Positions 1-8,383 of a DNA stretch of 34,021 nucleotides are shown piece by piece; the first letter of the stretch is position 1; every line of letters starts with the position of its first letter. The DNA lies in the IMG/VR virus record IMGVR_UViG_3300035034_002581. One strand, 5' to 3'. This stretch comes from a virus. The notes beneath the pieces were generated by a model. That model was not told the DNA's origin, searched no databases, and saw only the letters and a program-made list of their open reading frames with translations. A program made the position numbers and the translations under genes.

Positions 1-79
1 ACTCGAACTCGCCTTCGGGATCTAACGCTTGCTTTCTTAGCTCGTGTGCTGCAGCCTTCATTAGCTTTTCATTACTCAT
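1..79 (-). CDS. partial CDS: N-terminus only, gene runs off the left edge of the window
   Basis: ATG at about 77-79 on the minus strand, preceded by AAGAGGT. The frame (MSNEKLMKAAAHELRKQ...) is open to position 1. Only 26 codons are visible. Confidence 0.3.
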   Translation of the reverse strand, partial: MSNEKLMKAAAHELRKQALDPEGEFE

Positions 80-320
80 TGTTTACCTCTTGTTCGCTCG
101 AAATTACTTGTAGTTTTTTAATAGCATTCATAGACACACTACCCTTTTTATTACCCAAAATATATTTTACTTGAACAAAAGAGAAGACACCAGGACCTGG
201 AAAATCGTTAATGAACCTCTTTTCTTCTTTTGACACGGAGATCACTAGATAAGGCCGTAGATGATCACCTCTTACGACTAAGTCACCACGTGATAGATCT
301 CTGGCATTTTTAATGATCAC
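72..320 (-). CDS. hypothetical protein (82 aa)
   Basis: Track ORF. The start appears to be GTG, with GAGGAA about 9 nt upstream. No recognisable domain. Confidence 0.35.
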   Translation of the reverse strand: MIIKNARDLSRGDLVVRGDHLRPYLVISVSKEEKRFINDFPGPGVFSFVQVKYILGNKKGSVSMNAIKKLQVISSEQEVNNE

Positions 321-504
321 TTTTAGATATTCCTCGAATCACTTTTCGGTTTTTGTTATTCATAGGTGTGTTTTTAAGCCAACTTATAGATCTAATGTCA
401 TAGTTGCAAGACGGTTTTTAAGTGGATAGAGTTCAATTACATGGACTTTCATGACAAAAAAATCCTGTTTGACTCACGAAGATCAGCAGCTGTTATTTTC
501 ATTG

Positions 505-795
505 TCAAGAGTTCCCTGTCAAAAACAAAATTGTGTTAGCTGCGTATTCAAAAGAGATTTCCGAATCTAATGTTTGCATATATCGTGTTGAATATAGTAC
601 AACTAGGTTTTCATCAAGTGTCATCAGCGCTGGATACTTGCGCTGGTACTTTACGTCTTCTTTTAAAGCTGCCCAGTCGTGATCGAGAAGCACTTTGACA
701 AGATAATCTAGCGTCAAACTATCTGTGTATTCTTTGCCATCTTGTTTTGATGCAGCATTTAGTCGGTAAATGCCGTGGTCGATCCCTTTTTTCAT
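505..795 (-). CDS. hypothetical protein (96 aa)
   Basis: ATG start with a GGTAGAGGG SD. No recognisable domain. Confidence 0.5.
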   Translation of the reverse strand: MKKGIDHGIYRLNAASKQDGKEYTDSLTLDYLVKVLLDHDWAALKEDVKYQRKYPALMTLDENLVVLYSTRYMQTLDSEISFEYAANTILFLTGNS

Positions 796-851
796 AACCC
801 TCTACCAATGCTCAATTGTATTTCAAATGTGAGTGTTGTATAAAACAGAGA

Positions 852-1418
852 TCATACACTGGCCTTGTCTTTCCAGAACTCAAAGCTTTTTTGCAGAGCT
901 GCCTCAAATTCTTCTGATGTCATGCCTGTTTTTGTTCCGCCCGGTGAGCCGAAGTGATTATGCATCAGTGTTTCGGGCCTGATCGGCTCATCGTCATACG
1001 GCGATGCATTTACAGAGATAATCTCCCAAGAGTTTTTATTGTCAGGCTTACCTTGTGCTGTTTCTGTTTCAGTTAAAACATCGCTTCTGTACAGGACGAT
1101 CTTTACAGACTTAGCAGGAGACTGCCTTCTGTTGACAATCTTTACAGGTTTTCTAGAATGCTCTCCTTTTGACCGAGCGCTAAACTTCCACAAGAGAACA
1201 TCACTCTCAGCAAGCTCCACGACCGGACTAAAAAATCCTTGTGGATCAACTGGTACTAGCACGATGCCTTCTCTGCCGCCGCTTTCTCTTTTGTCCCAAT
1301 TTGTCTTGATCCGCCAGATCAGCTCGCTCCAAGTATGCGCCATGTGTGATAAGCTACTTTTTTCTGTTTGACGCAAGACAAAGTCGTTGACAATAATAGT
1401 GAGTTCATCAGTAGACAT
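852..1418 (-). CDS. MT-A70-family-like protein with a degenerate motif IV
   Basis: It contains GEHSRKP near the C-terminus and an LLW segment, in the same order as MT-A70 N6-adenine methyltransferases. The N-terminal TIIVNDFV sits where DPPW is expected, so the catalytic motif is not conserved. The ATG start abuts the stop of the upstream gene. Confidence 0.45.
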   Translation of the reverse strand: MSTDELTIIVNDFVLRQTEKSSLSHMAHTWSELIWRIKTNWDKRESGGREGIVLVPVDPQGFFSPVVELAESDVLLWKFSARSKGEHSRKPVKIVNRRQSPAKSVKIVLYRSDVLTETETAQGKPDNKNSWEIISVNASPYDDEPIRPETLMHNHFGSPGGTKTGMTSEEFEAALQKSFEFWKDKASV

Positions 1419-1991
1419 TCAATATCCAAATCTAGCAGTGTCTAGTCGGTTCTTGGCAAGCATAATCTGCTTAACTTCGTTGTATGAAAGAGGTTCATAG
1501 TTATGACTATCAACGCCGACGTCTAGTGAAAGCATATCGTCGCGTTCAGGAAGGTTCCCGTGACTGTGACCATACAGATGCCAAGATTCCCATCCACACT
1601 TGTCCCAAGTTCGACATGCGTAGTGAAACATAAAGATCCTCTGTAGATCATCGTGTGCATCTGTATCAGGAATCTTTGCAATGTACAAATCTTTAATCCA
1701 GCCAAACTGTTTCTTGAACTCTTTGTTTTTAATGTTTCGTCTATCATGATTACCAGCGACGAGGAGTTTATTTCCATTAAGACAACTGAGGTGCTTAGCT
1801 GCTTCACGGGCATCGCAAACTGCAACGTCGCCTATAATATACACATCATCGCCCTTTGAAACTTTGCGATTCCAGCGTTTAATCAATTGCTCGTTCATGT
1901 CGTCAACGTCTTCAAAGGGACGATTACAATACTTGATGATGTTCTTGTGACCAATATGCAGGTCAGCTGTGTAAAATGTTTCTTTTGTCAT
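1419..1991 (-). CDS. calcineurin-like metallophosphoesterase
   Basis: It carries the DLHIGH, GDxxD (IIGDVAV), GNHD and GHSHG motifs of the MPP superfamily. ATG start. Confidence 0.75.
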   Translation of the reverse strand: MTKETFYTADLHIGHKNIIKYCNRPFEDVDDMNEQLIKRWNRKVSKGDDVYIIGDVAVCDAREAAKHLSCLNGNKLLVAGNHDRRNIKNKEFKKQFGWIKDLYIAKIPDTDAHDDLQRIFMFHYACRTWDKCGWESWHLYGHSHGNLPERDDMLSLDVGVDSHNYEPLSYNEVKQIMLAKNRLDTARFGY

Positions 1992-2001
1992 GTCAATCTT
2001 C

Positions 2002-2307
2002 TCACGTAGAAAGTACTAGATACTTTTGTTCTATCCACACAGTCAATACACCCCAGGGCGAAATGACTCGCATGTGATGCTTATACTCATTCATACCTTT
2101 CATGTAAGTCCGACCGAGATACTTCAAGATCATTGCATGAAACATTTTAGGCGGAATAAACCTCCAGGCTTCATAATTTAGGTTTTTGATTCTTTTGATG
2201 TACCCTTCGACATGACTTGGTTCTGGAGCGAGATGGCCGTACCTTGGTAAGAAAGTGACTAGGTCAGCCGTCTTAAACTTCACAGGTGTAATCTTCTTTG
2301 TCGTCAT
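2002..2307 (-). CDS. hypothetical protein (101 aa)
   Basis: ATG start with an AAGAAG/AAGAGA SD. It is tightly packed between its neighbours. Confidence 0.5.
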   Translation of the reverse strand: MTTKKITPVKFKTADLVTFLPRYGHLAPEPSHVEGYIKRIKNLNYEAWRFIPPKMFHAMILKYLGRTYMKGMNEYKHHMRVISPWGVLTVWIEQKYLVLST

Positions 2308-2311
2308 TCTC

Positions 2312-2848
2312 TTACTTCTTTCTGCGCATAGACTTGTTGGGCTTTACACTGCGGACCTTTCCTGGGCGCTTACGCCTGCGCTTGCGCTTGCCCTTAGGCG
2401 GCATAGTGAGCAAGTGAGATGCACGACGAGCGCGCCAAGAGCCATAATCGCCCGTCAACCACAGAGTGTAGATCGGTCCATTCTTGACGTCAGGATCAAG
2501 GTCTCTTTCGAACTCGCTAGGCTCAACAGGTCCGTCGCTGATCTCTAGAATCACTGCTTCATGATAAGTCGTATCCTCATCATCGAATGGATTGATCTTC
2601 GTCCAGCACGTATCTCCCGTCGACCACTCTCCCGGCTTGCGTTGCCCTGCATTAGGAAGCTCTTCAGCGCCTGCAAGTCCCTCGTCTACGCAGATATACT
2701 CAATCTTTGACTTGTACTTCTTGTGTTCGCGAAAAGATTCCCAGGCCGCACCCTCAGTGTGCGCAGTAATTCCTGCAGTAGGGTTCTTTGAGCGCTGTCC
2801 GGACTTCTGGCCGCAGCGGAAGATCTTGTAGAAATTGAATAGATTCAT
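2312..2848 (-). CDS. hypothetical protein with a strongly basic C-terminal tail (KGKRKRRRKRPGK)
   Basis: ATG with a strong SD (CAGGAGGTAGC). The basic tail suggests nucleic-acid binding. Confidence 0.55.
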   Translation of the reverse strand: MNLFNFYKIFRCGQKSGQRSKNPTAGITAHTEGAAWESFREHKKYKSKIEYICVDEGLAGAEELPNAGQRKPGEWSTGDTCWTKINPFDDEDTTYHEAVILEISDGPVEPSEFERDLDPDVKNGPIYTLWLTGDYGSWRARRASHLLTMPPKGKRKRRRKRPGKVRSVKPNKSMRRKK

Positions 2849-2867
2849 GCTACCTCCTGATACTTCT

Positions 2868-2898
2868 ATTGTATCATACAGGTCAAACTTTTACACAT
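2868..2898 (-). promoter_or_regulatory. promoter-like motif, variant ATGTGTAAAAG-N15-TACAAT (minus-strand orientation)
   Basis: It lies in the 70-nt gap upstream of gene 2312..2848. It is a member of the recurrent motif family. Coordinates are approximate. Confidence 0.35.
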
Positions 2899-2918
2899 TA
2901 TCGAAAACAGAATTGGAA

Positions 2919-3356
2919 TCAGTCTGTATTACTGTACTCGTGTCTAACTACCTGTTTTCTGTGCCAAGCACTAATGTAAGCTTCATTACCTCCAGGAGTA
3001 GAATGTGGAATCTGTTCGAAACATTCTCCGATTCCATCTGACCATTGACCCTGTGTATAATCAATGAGTGCTGCTAGCTCAATGTCTGACAATTTTTCTG
3101 TAACTGTATATGTTGTTTCTGAGTATAGGTAACCTGTGTCTGCTCTATACACAAACGTTAAATCGCCACTTGAGGTAACTTTTGTCAACACCGACGCTTC
3201 GACTTCTTTGTTCGCTGTCCAGAAATACTCCAAAAATGTAGATGACTCGTCTGATGTCATGTTAAGAGATTTAAGTTCTTGTGTCGTCGCGGCTCGACAC
3301 GTGGGTTCTCCGCAATCGATGTTTACTTCGCTATCGCCAATGATCGTTAATAACAT
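2919..3356 (-). CDS. hypothetical protein (145 aa)
   Basis: ATG with a CAAGAGG SD. Confidence 0.5.
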   Translation of the reverse strand: MLLTIIGDSEVNIDCGEPTCRAATTQELKSLNMTSDESSTFLEYFWTANKEVEASVLTKVTSSGDLTFVYRADTGYLYSETTYTVTEKLSDIELAALIDYTQGQWSDGIGECFEQIPHSTPGGNEAYISAWHRKQVVRHEYSNTD

Positions 3357-3416
3357 TTTTGCCTCTTGTTGGAATTGATTCTAGTGTGTGAGAAGGGTTA
3401 TAAATATGACTTGTTT

Positions 3417-3431
3417 GATATCCAGAATGAT
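3417..3431. promoter_or_regulatory. perfect 15-bp palindrome CCAGAATGATTCTGG (possible operator)
   Basis: It has 7-bp arms around a single central base. It sits in the 131-nt intergenic region upstream of gene 2919..3356. Coordinates are approximate. Confidence 0.3.
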
Positions 3432-3487
3432 TCTGGAGCGTTTTTACCAGCTAAAATGCTAGTTACCAAATCAAAAACGCGAAAATC

Positions 3488-3706
3488 CTACAGATACTCG
3501 AAGATGGAATTAAAGCACTCAGGTGCAGGGGCCCAGTCGCGGCGTCTACTAAGAGATGCTTCGCAAACATCTGTATGATTTTGCAATAGGGTTCCGTCTG
3601 GGAGAATTACTTTGACTACAAAAGGCTCCCACCAGCAAGTGCCTTTACTAGATGCTCTAACAATGCAAACAGTTCCCGCTTTTAATTTTGTTGAAAGTCG
3701 TGACAT
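3488..3706 (-). CDS. possible +1-frame continuation of 3657..3959 (72-aa ORF, no SD of its own)
   Basis: It overlaps the upstream ORF by 50 nt. This frame is open back to the A8 tract. A fused product would be about 156 aa. Confidence 0.3.
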   Translation of the reverse strand: MSRLSTKLKAGTVCIVRASSKGTCWWEPFVVKVILPDGTLLQNHTDVCEASLSRRRDWAPAPECFNSIFEYL

Positions 3707-3959
3707 AGAAGTCTTGTATTCTTTTTTTTAAGAAAGCAGTGTCAGGAACCTCTTTAACGATAATCATTTCACCGACACGGTGTTCTATAAGAAACCGTGA
3801 CAAAGTGCAGGCGGTGCTTGACAGAACATTACCTGTTATAGAGTATTGACCAGTTGGATTGTAGACACCAAAATGCAGCATTCTTGAATAATAGAATAGC
3901 TTTATTACAATTGTCCTTACAGCTAATGTGAGAACACTTACTTTTTCAAGGTCTGCCAT
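3657..3959 (-). CDS. hypothetical protein (100 aa); may continue by a +1 shift into 3488..3706
   Basis: ATG with a CCAGGAGTC SD. An A8 tract (plus-strand T8 at about 3722-3729) lies 21 codons before the stop. Confidence 0.5.
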   Translation of the reverse strand: MADLEKVSVLTLAVRTIVIKLFYYSRMLHFGVYNPTGQYSITGNVLSSTACTLSRFLIEHRVGEMIIVKEVPDTAFLKKRIQDFYVTTFNKIKSGNCLHC

Positions 3960-4278
3960 ACAATTTGACTCCTGGAGTCAAAAACCTGAATTTTGATATC
4001 GGAGCACGCGGTCGAATGCTGTCGTATGTATATCTACTATCAGGTCCGAGAAGGTATTGCCGTTTTTTATCATCACAAGGATAAATATTCCCACTTCCTG
4101 ACATGACACGCACTCTATGTCGATACCACGGATAATTATGATCGTCTTTTAATTGCTCCCAATACTCGCTTATGATGATAAATATTCTGTCTTGTGCGTA
4201 CAAATCAAATGTTTCGTCTTCGAATGCCAAAAGAGATGACACATTGTCTGTGTCAGGCAATCGTCTATGCCATCTCAT
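3946..4278 (-). CDS. hypothetical protein (about 110 aa; the track's longer GTG start at 4404 is less likely)
   Basis: The ATG at 4276-4278 has a GAGGGAGAG SD 5 nt upstream and overlaps the ligase stop by only 14 nt. The 4404 start would be GTG with a 140-nt overlap. Confidence 0.5.
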   Translation of the reverse strand: MRWHRRLPDTDNVSSLLAFEDETFDLYAQDRIFIIISEYWEQLKDDHNYPWYRHRVRVMSGSGNIYPCDDKKRQYLLGPDSRYTYDSIRPRAPISKFRFLTPGVKLYGRP

Positions 4279-6202
4279 CAAACTCTCCCTCAGAGATAAG
4301 GGTAATTCCGAGTGCTTTAGCACTCTTAGCTTTGGAGCTCGTTGATCCAACATCAGCGATAATAAGGAAGTCAAGTCCACGTCTGACGCTTGTTTTGTAC
4401 TCACCGCCAGCTTCCGTAATTACAGCTTCGAATTCTTTCTTAGTCCTGCTTAGTTTCCCTGTGATGCAGAAACTCTTTCCTGATAATGGTCCGTTGTTGG
4501 CTTGAGTGTTAATAGGTCCTTCAACGATCTCAAGTACACGATGCAGGTTCTTGATAACAGATTCATTCTTCTTGAGGCCTTCAACAATCAGGCGACCTCT
4601 CTCTTCACCGAATTGCTCAATTGAAGCAATCTGAGATTCAGTAGCAGCGAGCATCTTGTCGCTGGTGTCGTAGCCTGCCTCAACCATCATTCGGGCGAGC
4701 GATCGGCCAAAAGACTTGATGCCAAGTGAACCAATTGCAATACTAAGTGGGATGACCTTCTTAGCGTGAAGATTATTATAAGCACGCTTTGCAATACCAG
4801 GAGAAGTTGCACGTTCAATGTCTGCTTGAGTAAGCTTGTAAATGTCAGCGATGTTGAACACCATCTTACGCTCAACAAGAGCATTGATGACTGATTCGCC
4901 GAAGAACTTCACCTCAATCTTCTCAACCCAGCGTCTAATCGTGCCTGCAAGCAATGCTTCGCAAAGAGGATTGACACACTCAAGGTACTTATTGTCCCAC
5001 ACAAGATCGTTGCTGCACGACGGGCAACTCGCCGGTGCTGCAAAGAACCCGCGAATCTCAAGACTATCCGTTCTCTTGACGACTTGAGGGATCACATCGT
5101 TAGCACGCTTTACAAGCACATCGCAGTTCGGTGCTAAGTTAAGTGCCTTTACATTGTCCCAGTTGTGGAGCGATGCTCTCTTGACTGTTACACCACCTAG
5201 CTCAATAGGCTCAAGAAGTGCAATAGGTGTTACACGTCCGCCTTTGCCAAGGTTCCACTCAATGTCCACCAGCTTTGTTTCACGAGCTTCAGCTTCGAAC
5301 TTCCATGCAACTGCAGACTTTGGATTCTTGCCGCTTCGTGTGCTTGACTGCAGCTTCTTCTCCAGCCTAGCAGCTTCATCCTTACTGTCAACCTTGATTA
5401 CAAGACCATCGATTTCATACGGAAGATTTGCACGCTTTGAACCAACATACTCATTGTAGATCTCAACAATTCGATCGATGCTAGTCACACGTTCATAAAA
5501 TGGAACTTTGTAGCCCGATTCCTCGAGCATCTCGAGAGTACGTGACTCTAAAATATCTGGCAGATCCATGCCATCAAAGTAGTCATAGGCAACAAATGTC
5601 AGAAACTCGCTACCTACGCCGTCGAGGCGTCTTGCAGTTCCAGATGCGCCGTTCCTGGCATTCTTGTAAGGCTCATCTCGCCACTTTCGCTCGACGCAAA
5701 CATCATTGAAGGCATCAAAGTCATCTGCGAACATCATAATCTCACCGCGAATAAAGTGAGGTGTAATATTGTCAACAGAGAATCTATCAGCGCCATTCAT
5801 CTTCAAGACGTTTCGAGTAATATCTTCACCCTTGTCGCCACCGCCGCGAGTTACAGCTCGAAGGAGCTTTCCGTCATTGTACTCGAGGCTGTTAGAGATG
5901 CCATCCATCTTCTCTTGGACACAGTATGCAGATGCTGGTCGCTGACGGAGCCATTCACGAAGCTCTGCTTCAGTGTTAACCTTATCTAGTGACGTCATCG
6001 GGATCTTGTGCTCGATAACTTCCCAGTGTGAGTTGTCATCAACAGGCGCGCCGACTTCAAAAAGTGCAGCGTTGTCAGGTTCAGCAGTGCGAAGCTCATC
6101 TACCCATGCATCGAAAACATCATCATCAACTTCTGGGTTCCCGTTGTAGTAAAGCTCACGATTCTTACGAATCTGACGCTCAAGTTGATTAATTCGACTC
6201 AT
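4265..6202 (-). CDS. ligA: NAD-dependent DNA ligase (LigA-type) with a C-terminal BRCT domain
   Basis: It is 645 aa with a KMDG adenylation motif (EKMDGIS), the LigA-typical layout of OB, zinc-finger, HhH and BRCT regions, and an FCITGKL BRCT signature. ATG with an AAGAGAGGTA SD. Confidence 0.9.
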   Translation of the reverse strand: MSRINQLERQIRKNRELYYNGNPEVDDDVFDAWVDELRTAEPDNAALFEVGAPVDDNSHWEVIEHKIPMTSLDKVNTEAELREWLRQRPASAYCVQEKMDGISNSLEYNDGKLLRAVTRGGGDKGEDITRNVLKMNGADRFSVDNITPHFIRGEIMMFADDFDAFNDVCVERKWRDEPYKNARNGASGTARRLDGVGSEFLTFVAYDYFDGMDLPDILESRTLEMLEESGYKVPFYERVTSIDRIVEIYNEYVGSKRANLPYEIDGLVIKVDSKDEAARLEKKLQSSTRSGKNPKSAVAWKFEAEARETKLVDIEWNLGKGGRVTPIALLEPIELGGVTVKRASLHNWDNVKALNLAPNCDVLVKRANDVIPQVVKRTDSLEIRGFFAAPASCPSCSNDLVWDNKYLECVNPLCEALLAGTIRRWVEKIEVKFFGESVINALVERKMVFNIADIYKLTQADIERATSPGIAKRAYNNLHAKKVIPLSIAIGSLGIKSFGRSLARMMVEAGYDTSDKMLAATESQIASIEQFGEERGRLIVEGLKKNESVIKNLHRVLEIVEGPINTQANNGPLSGKSFCITGKLSRTKKEFEAVITEAGGEYKTSVRRGLDFLIIADVGSTSSKAKSAKALGITLISEGEFDEMA

Positions 6203-6227
6203 CTAATACCTCTCTTATTGCCTGACT

Positions 6228-6259
6228 ATTGTACTACAAAGCAGCATCATTTTGCACTC
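6228..6259 (-). promoter_or_regulatory. promoter-like GAGTGCAAAAT-N16-TACAAT about 45 nt upstream of the ligase start
   Basis: Member of the recurrent motif family. Approximate coordinates. Confidence 0.45.
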
Positions 6260-6425
6260 ATTGCTTCAACAAAAAGATCCATATCACATGAATACAAGCC
6301 GCAACATGAAGATGCGCCTACTTCGAGAATCTTCCAACCGTTATTTGTTTTCGCAATGTCAGTTATATGTTCCGGTACTTGCGGGCAGATTACAAGAAGT
6401 AGACTTAGCACTCCATTCATGCACT

Positions 6426-6797
6426 TTACTCATCTGTGTCACCTTCAATTCGCTTTAGCAAAGACAGAAGATTAAAGAAATTATCTGTACTATTCTCTTT
6501 GAACACAGTTGTGGAAGTATCAAAGTTTGGATCATCTTCGAGGATGTTTAAGATTGCTCTAATCTCTTTGATTACATTTACGCCGTTGAGCATCTTGCCT
6601 GCACACTTAAGATGAGTAAGCTTTCTGTCAGAGCCTGGGAAGAAGTTGATCCTTTGGCTCCAGCGACCCTTCTTTTGTGTTTGATAGCTTTCAGCTGCTG
6701 TTGTTTTAACTTCGCCCTCGAAAATCGCTGTCTTGTTTCCGGGTCCGATTAGTTTACCGCAAACTTCACACTTACTAGGTACCCAAATATTAGCCAT
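6426..6797 (-). CDS. zinc-ribbon protein (CxxC...C, CEVCGK...HLKCAG), 123 aa
   Basis: Its ATG overlaps the upstream stop in a TAATG arrangement, with an AGAAGGA SD. The track's GTG extension to 6830 is unlikely. Confidence 0.5.
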   Translation of the reverse strand: MANIWVPSKCEVCGKLIGPGNKTAIFEGEVKTTAAESYQTQKKGRWSQRINFFPGSDRKLTHLKCAGKMLNGVNVIKEIRAILNILEDDPNFDTSTTVFKENSTDNFFNLLSLLKRIEGDTDE

Positions 6798-7252
6798 TAT
6801 CCTTCTCTCGTCAGCGCGCCGTCGGGCCACACGATTACAATTGGTTTTTCTGCAAGTCTAGCATGGCGAATTGTATGCCAAGTTCCCGAACGCCTAATCT
6901 CTTCCATCGTCGGAGGGCATGCGATTAACACATCACAGTCTGAGATGATGTCAAGGTTTCTATCAAGTGGACCCTTGACGGGCGAAGTAATGTCAGCGCC
7001 CTTATTGAAGGCTCGGGAACTGTGATTGCAAGGTCGGATCTTGATCGTGTGCCTACCTTCTGCAACCGACGCCTTTAAAACAATGTTGATGTCGTGAAAA
7101 TCAGTGTCAGCACCCTCACAATCTCCATGAACAGCACAGACTAAATCTTTGTGTGCTAAAATATGTGCAACAGACATGAAGACGTTGCGACGCTGGTGCT
7201 CTGTCATCCCGTTTCTTGTTCCAGTGAACCCGATTGTAAATCTGCTAGACAT
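6797..7252 (-). CDS. Rossmann-fold protein of the SLOG/DprA-like (DUF2493-like) type; start uncertain (track gives a GTG at 7378)
   Basis: It has an IGFTGTRNG ... AVHGDCEGADTDFHDI glycine-rich loop resembling SLOG/DprA nucleotide-binding folds. The ATG at about 7252 avoids overlap with 7329..7619. Confidence 0.35.
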   Translation of the reverse strand: MSSRFTIGFTGTRNGMTEHQRRNVFMSVAHILAHKDLVCAVHGDCEGADTDFHDINIVLKASVAEGRHTIKIRPCNHSSRAFNKGADITSPVKGPLDRNLDIISDCDVLIACPPTMEEIRRSGTWHTIRHARLAEKPIVIVWPDGALTREG

Positions 7253-7328
7253 TTTTAAACCCCGAAGAAGAGTGGGCTTCGGATAGTTGAAACTTAGCGC
7301 TGTATGTAACTGTTGACATAAGTCTATC

Positions 7329-7619
7329 CTATGATGTTGCGCGCTGCCACTTATTAAGACGAGAAATTCGTGTGGCACCGTGACTGATGATGTGTGATTT
7401 GATCACAGGGAAGAAATACAGGCTCTTTCCCAGTGAACGGGTAATAGTGTCGAGCAAAAATGCATCAGTCACGTGAAGTAGAGCAGGCTCATTATCAGTG
7501 AGTTCGTTCCACTTAGGAATAATCTGTGTCCTAACATACAATTCTGCAATCTGCTTATCAGTGTGACCTTTGAGCTTCAAAATCAAAAAGTACAGGCTCA
7601 TTGTGATTAGGATACTCAT
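7329..7619 (-). CDS. hypothetical protein (96 aa)
   Basis: ATG with an AGAGGAAG SD. Confidence 0.45.
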   Translation of the reverse strand: MSILITMSLYFLILKLKGHTDKQIAELYVRTQIIPKWNELTDNEPALLHVTDAFLLDTITRSLGKSLYFFPVIKSHIISHGATRISRLNKWQRATS

Positions 7620-8032
7620 GGCACTTCCTCTGCTTTGGTATGTAGCGTGATCTCAGAACTTCCGACGTGCTTTGATTCCCCGCTAAAAGTCAACACTAAG
7701 TATGCTGACCGTCTTTTAATCTGCTTGACAGAAACAACAAGCGCTTTATCCCACTTATTCGGATCTTTCCGAATGTAATAAGATCGTGGTCTTGCTTCCA
7801 AATACCCTTTTTTTAGTTTTGAAGATACAATCTTGTCAAATTCGACGCTTGCTAAAACTGGATCGTCGAATTTTTTAACACTTGTTGTTCCACGTGAGTC
7901 AATTGACCCATATTTTGTAGTGTACGACGTGTCGGTAGTTCGTCGAATCATCCAGAATTTATTGCTTCTGCCGCTAATAAACTCTAAGTAGATCGATTTT
8001 TGTTCAACGATATCGCCGGCTTTGATATTCAT
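7616..8032 (-). CDS. WGR-domain-like protein (138 aa from the ATG at 8032)
   Basis: The segment NKFWMIRRTTDTSYTTKYGSIDSRGTT...FDKIVSSKLKKGYLE matches the WGR pattern (KFY/W ... GRIG ... KGY). The ATG sits 2 nt after the upstream stop (TAAGCATG). Confidence 0.4.
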   Translation of the reverse strand: MNIKAGDIVEQKSIYLEFISGRSNKFWMIRRTTDTSYTTKYGSIDSRGTTSVKKFDDPVLASVEFDKIVSSKLKKGYLEARPRSYYIRKDPNKWDKALVVSVKQIKRRSAYLVLTFSGESKHVGSSEITLHTKAEEVP

Positions 8033-8034
8033 GC

Positions 8035-8307
8035 TTAGTCCCAGTCCCATGGGTTTACTGATTCATCGAGCAAGGGTGATGCGTAATTGTCCCAGTCATC
8101 GTTGAGCTGAGCGATCTTCATCTTGTACTTGACTTTCGATCGGTGAATCTTGTTATAGAAATAATTAGATGGGAAAAAGTAGTTCCGTCTGCGGTTGAAA
8201 AAGCCTTCTCGTAAGCTAACGAACTGTCTTGTCTCACCACGTCTGTAGTTGATATGCATGTTGCATTCCTTAGTTAGAGTAACTAATGTATATCGAACCT
8301 CCTTCAT
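8035..8307 (-). CDS. hypothetical protein (90 aa)
   Basis: ATG start. A TATAAT-containing promoter-like region lies in the 76-nt gap upstream. Confidence 0.45.
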   Translation of the reverse strand: MKEVRYTLVTLTKECNMHINYRRGETRQFVSLREGFFNRRRNYFFPSNYFYNKIHRSKVKYKMKIAQLNDDWDNYASPLLDESVNPWDWD

Positions 8308-8383
8308 GAGAGGATTGATCTCCTCTCTACATTTATATTATACACAATAAGTATGCGATTTTACATACATTGCATCAAGTAAT

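Noticed and set aside
452-500. A7 run near 452-458 as part of a minus-strand terminator
   Set aside because: No convincing GC-rich stem lies immediately upstream on the minus strand.
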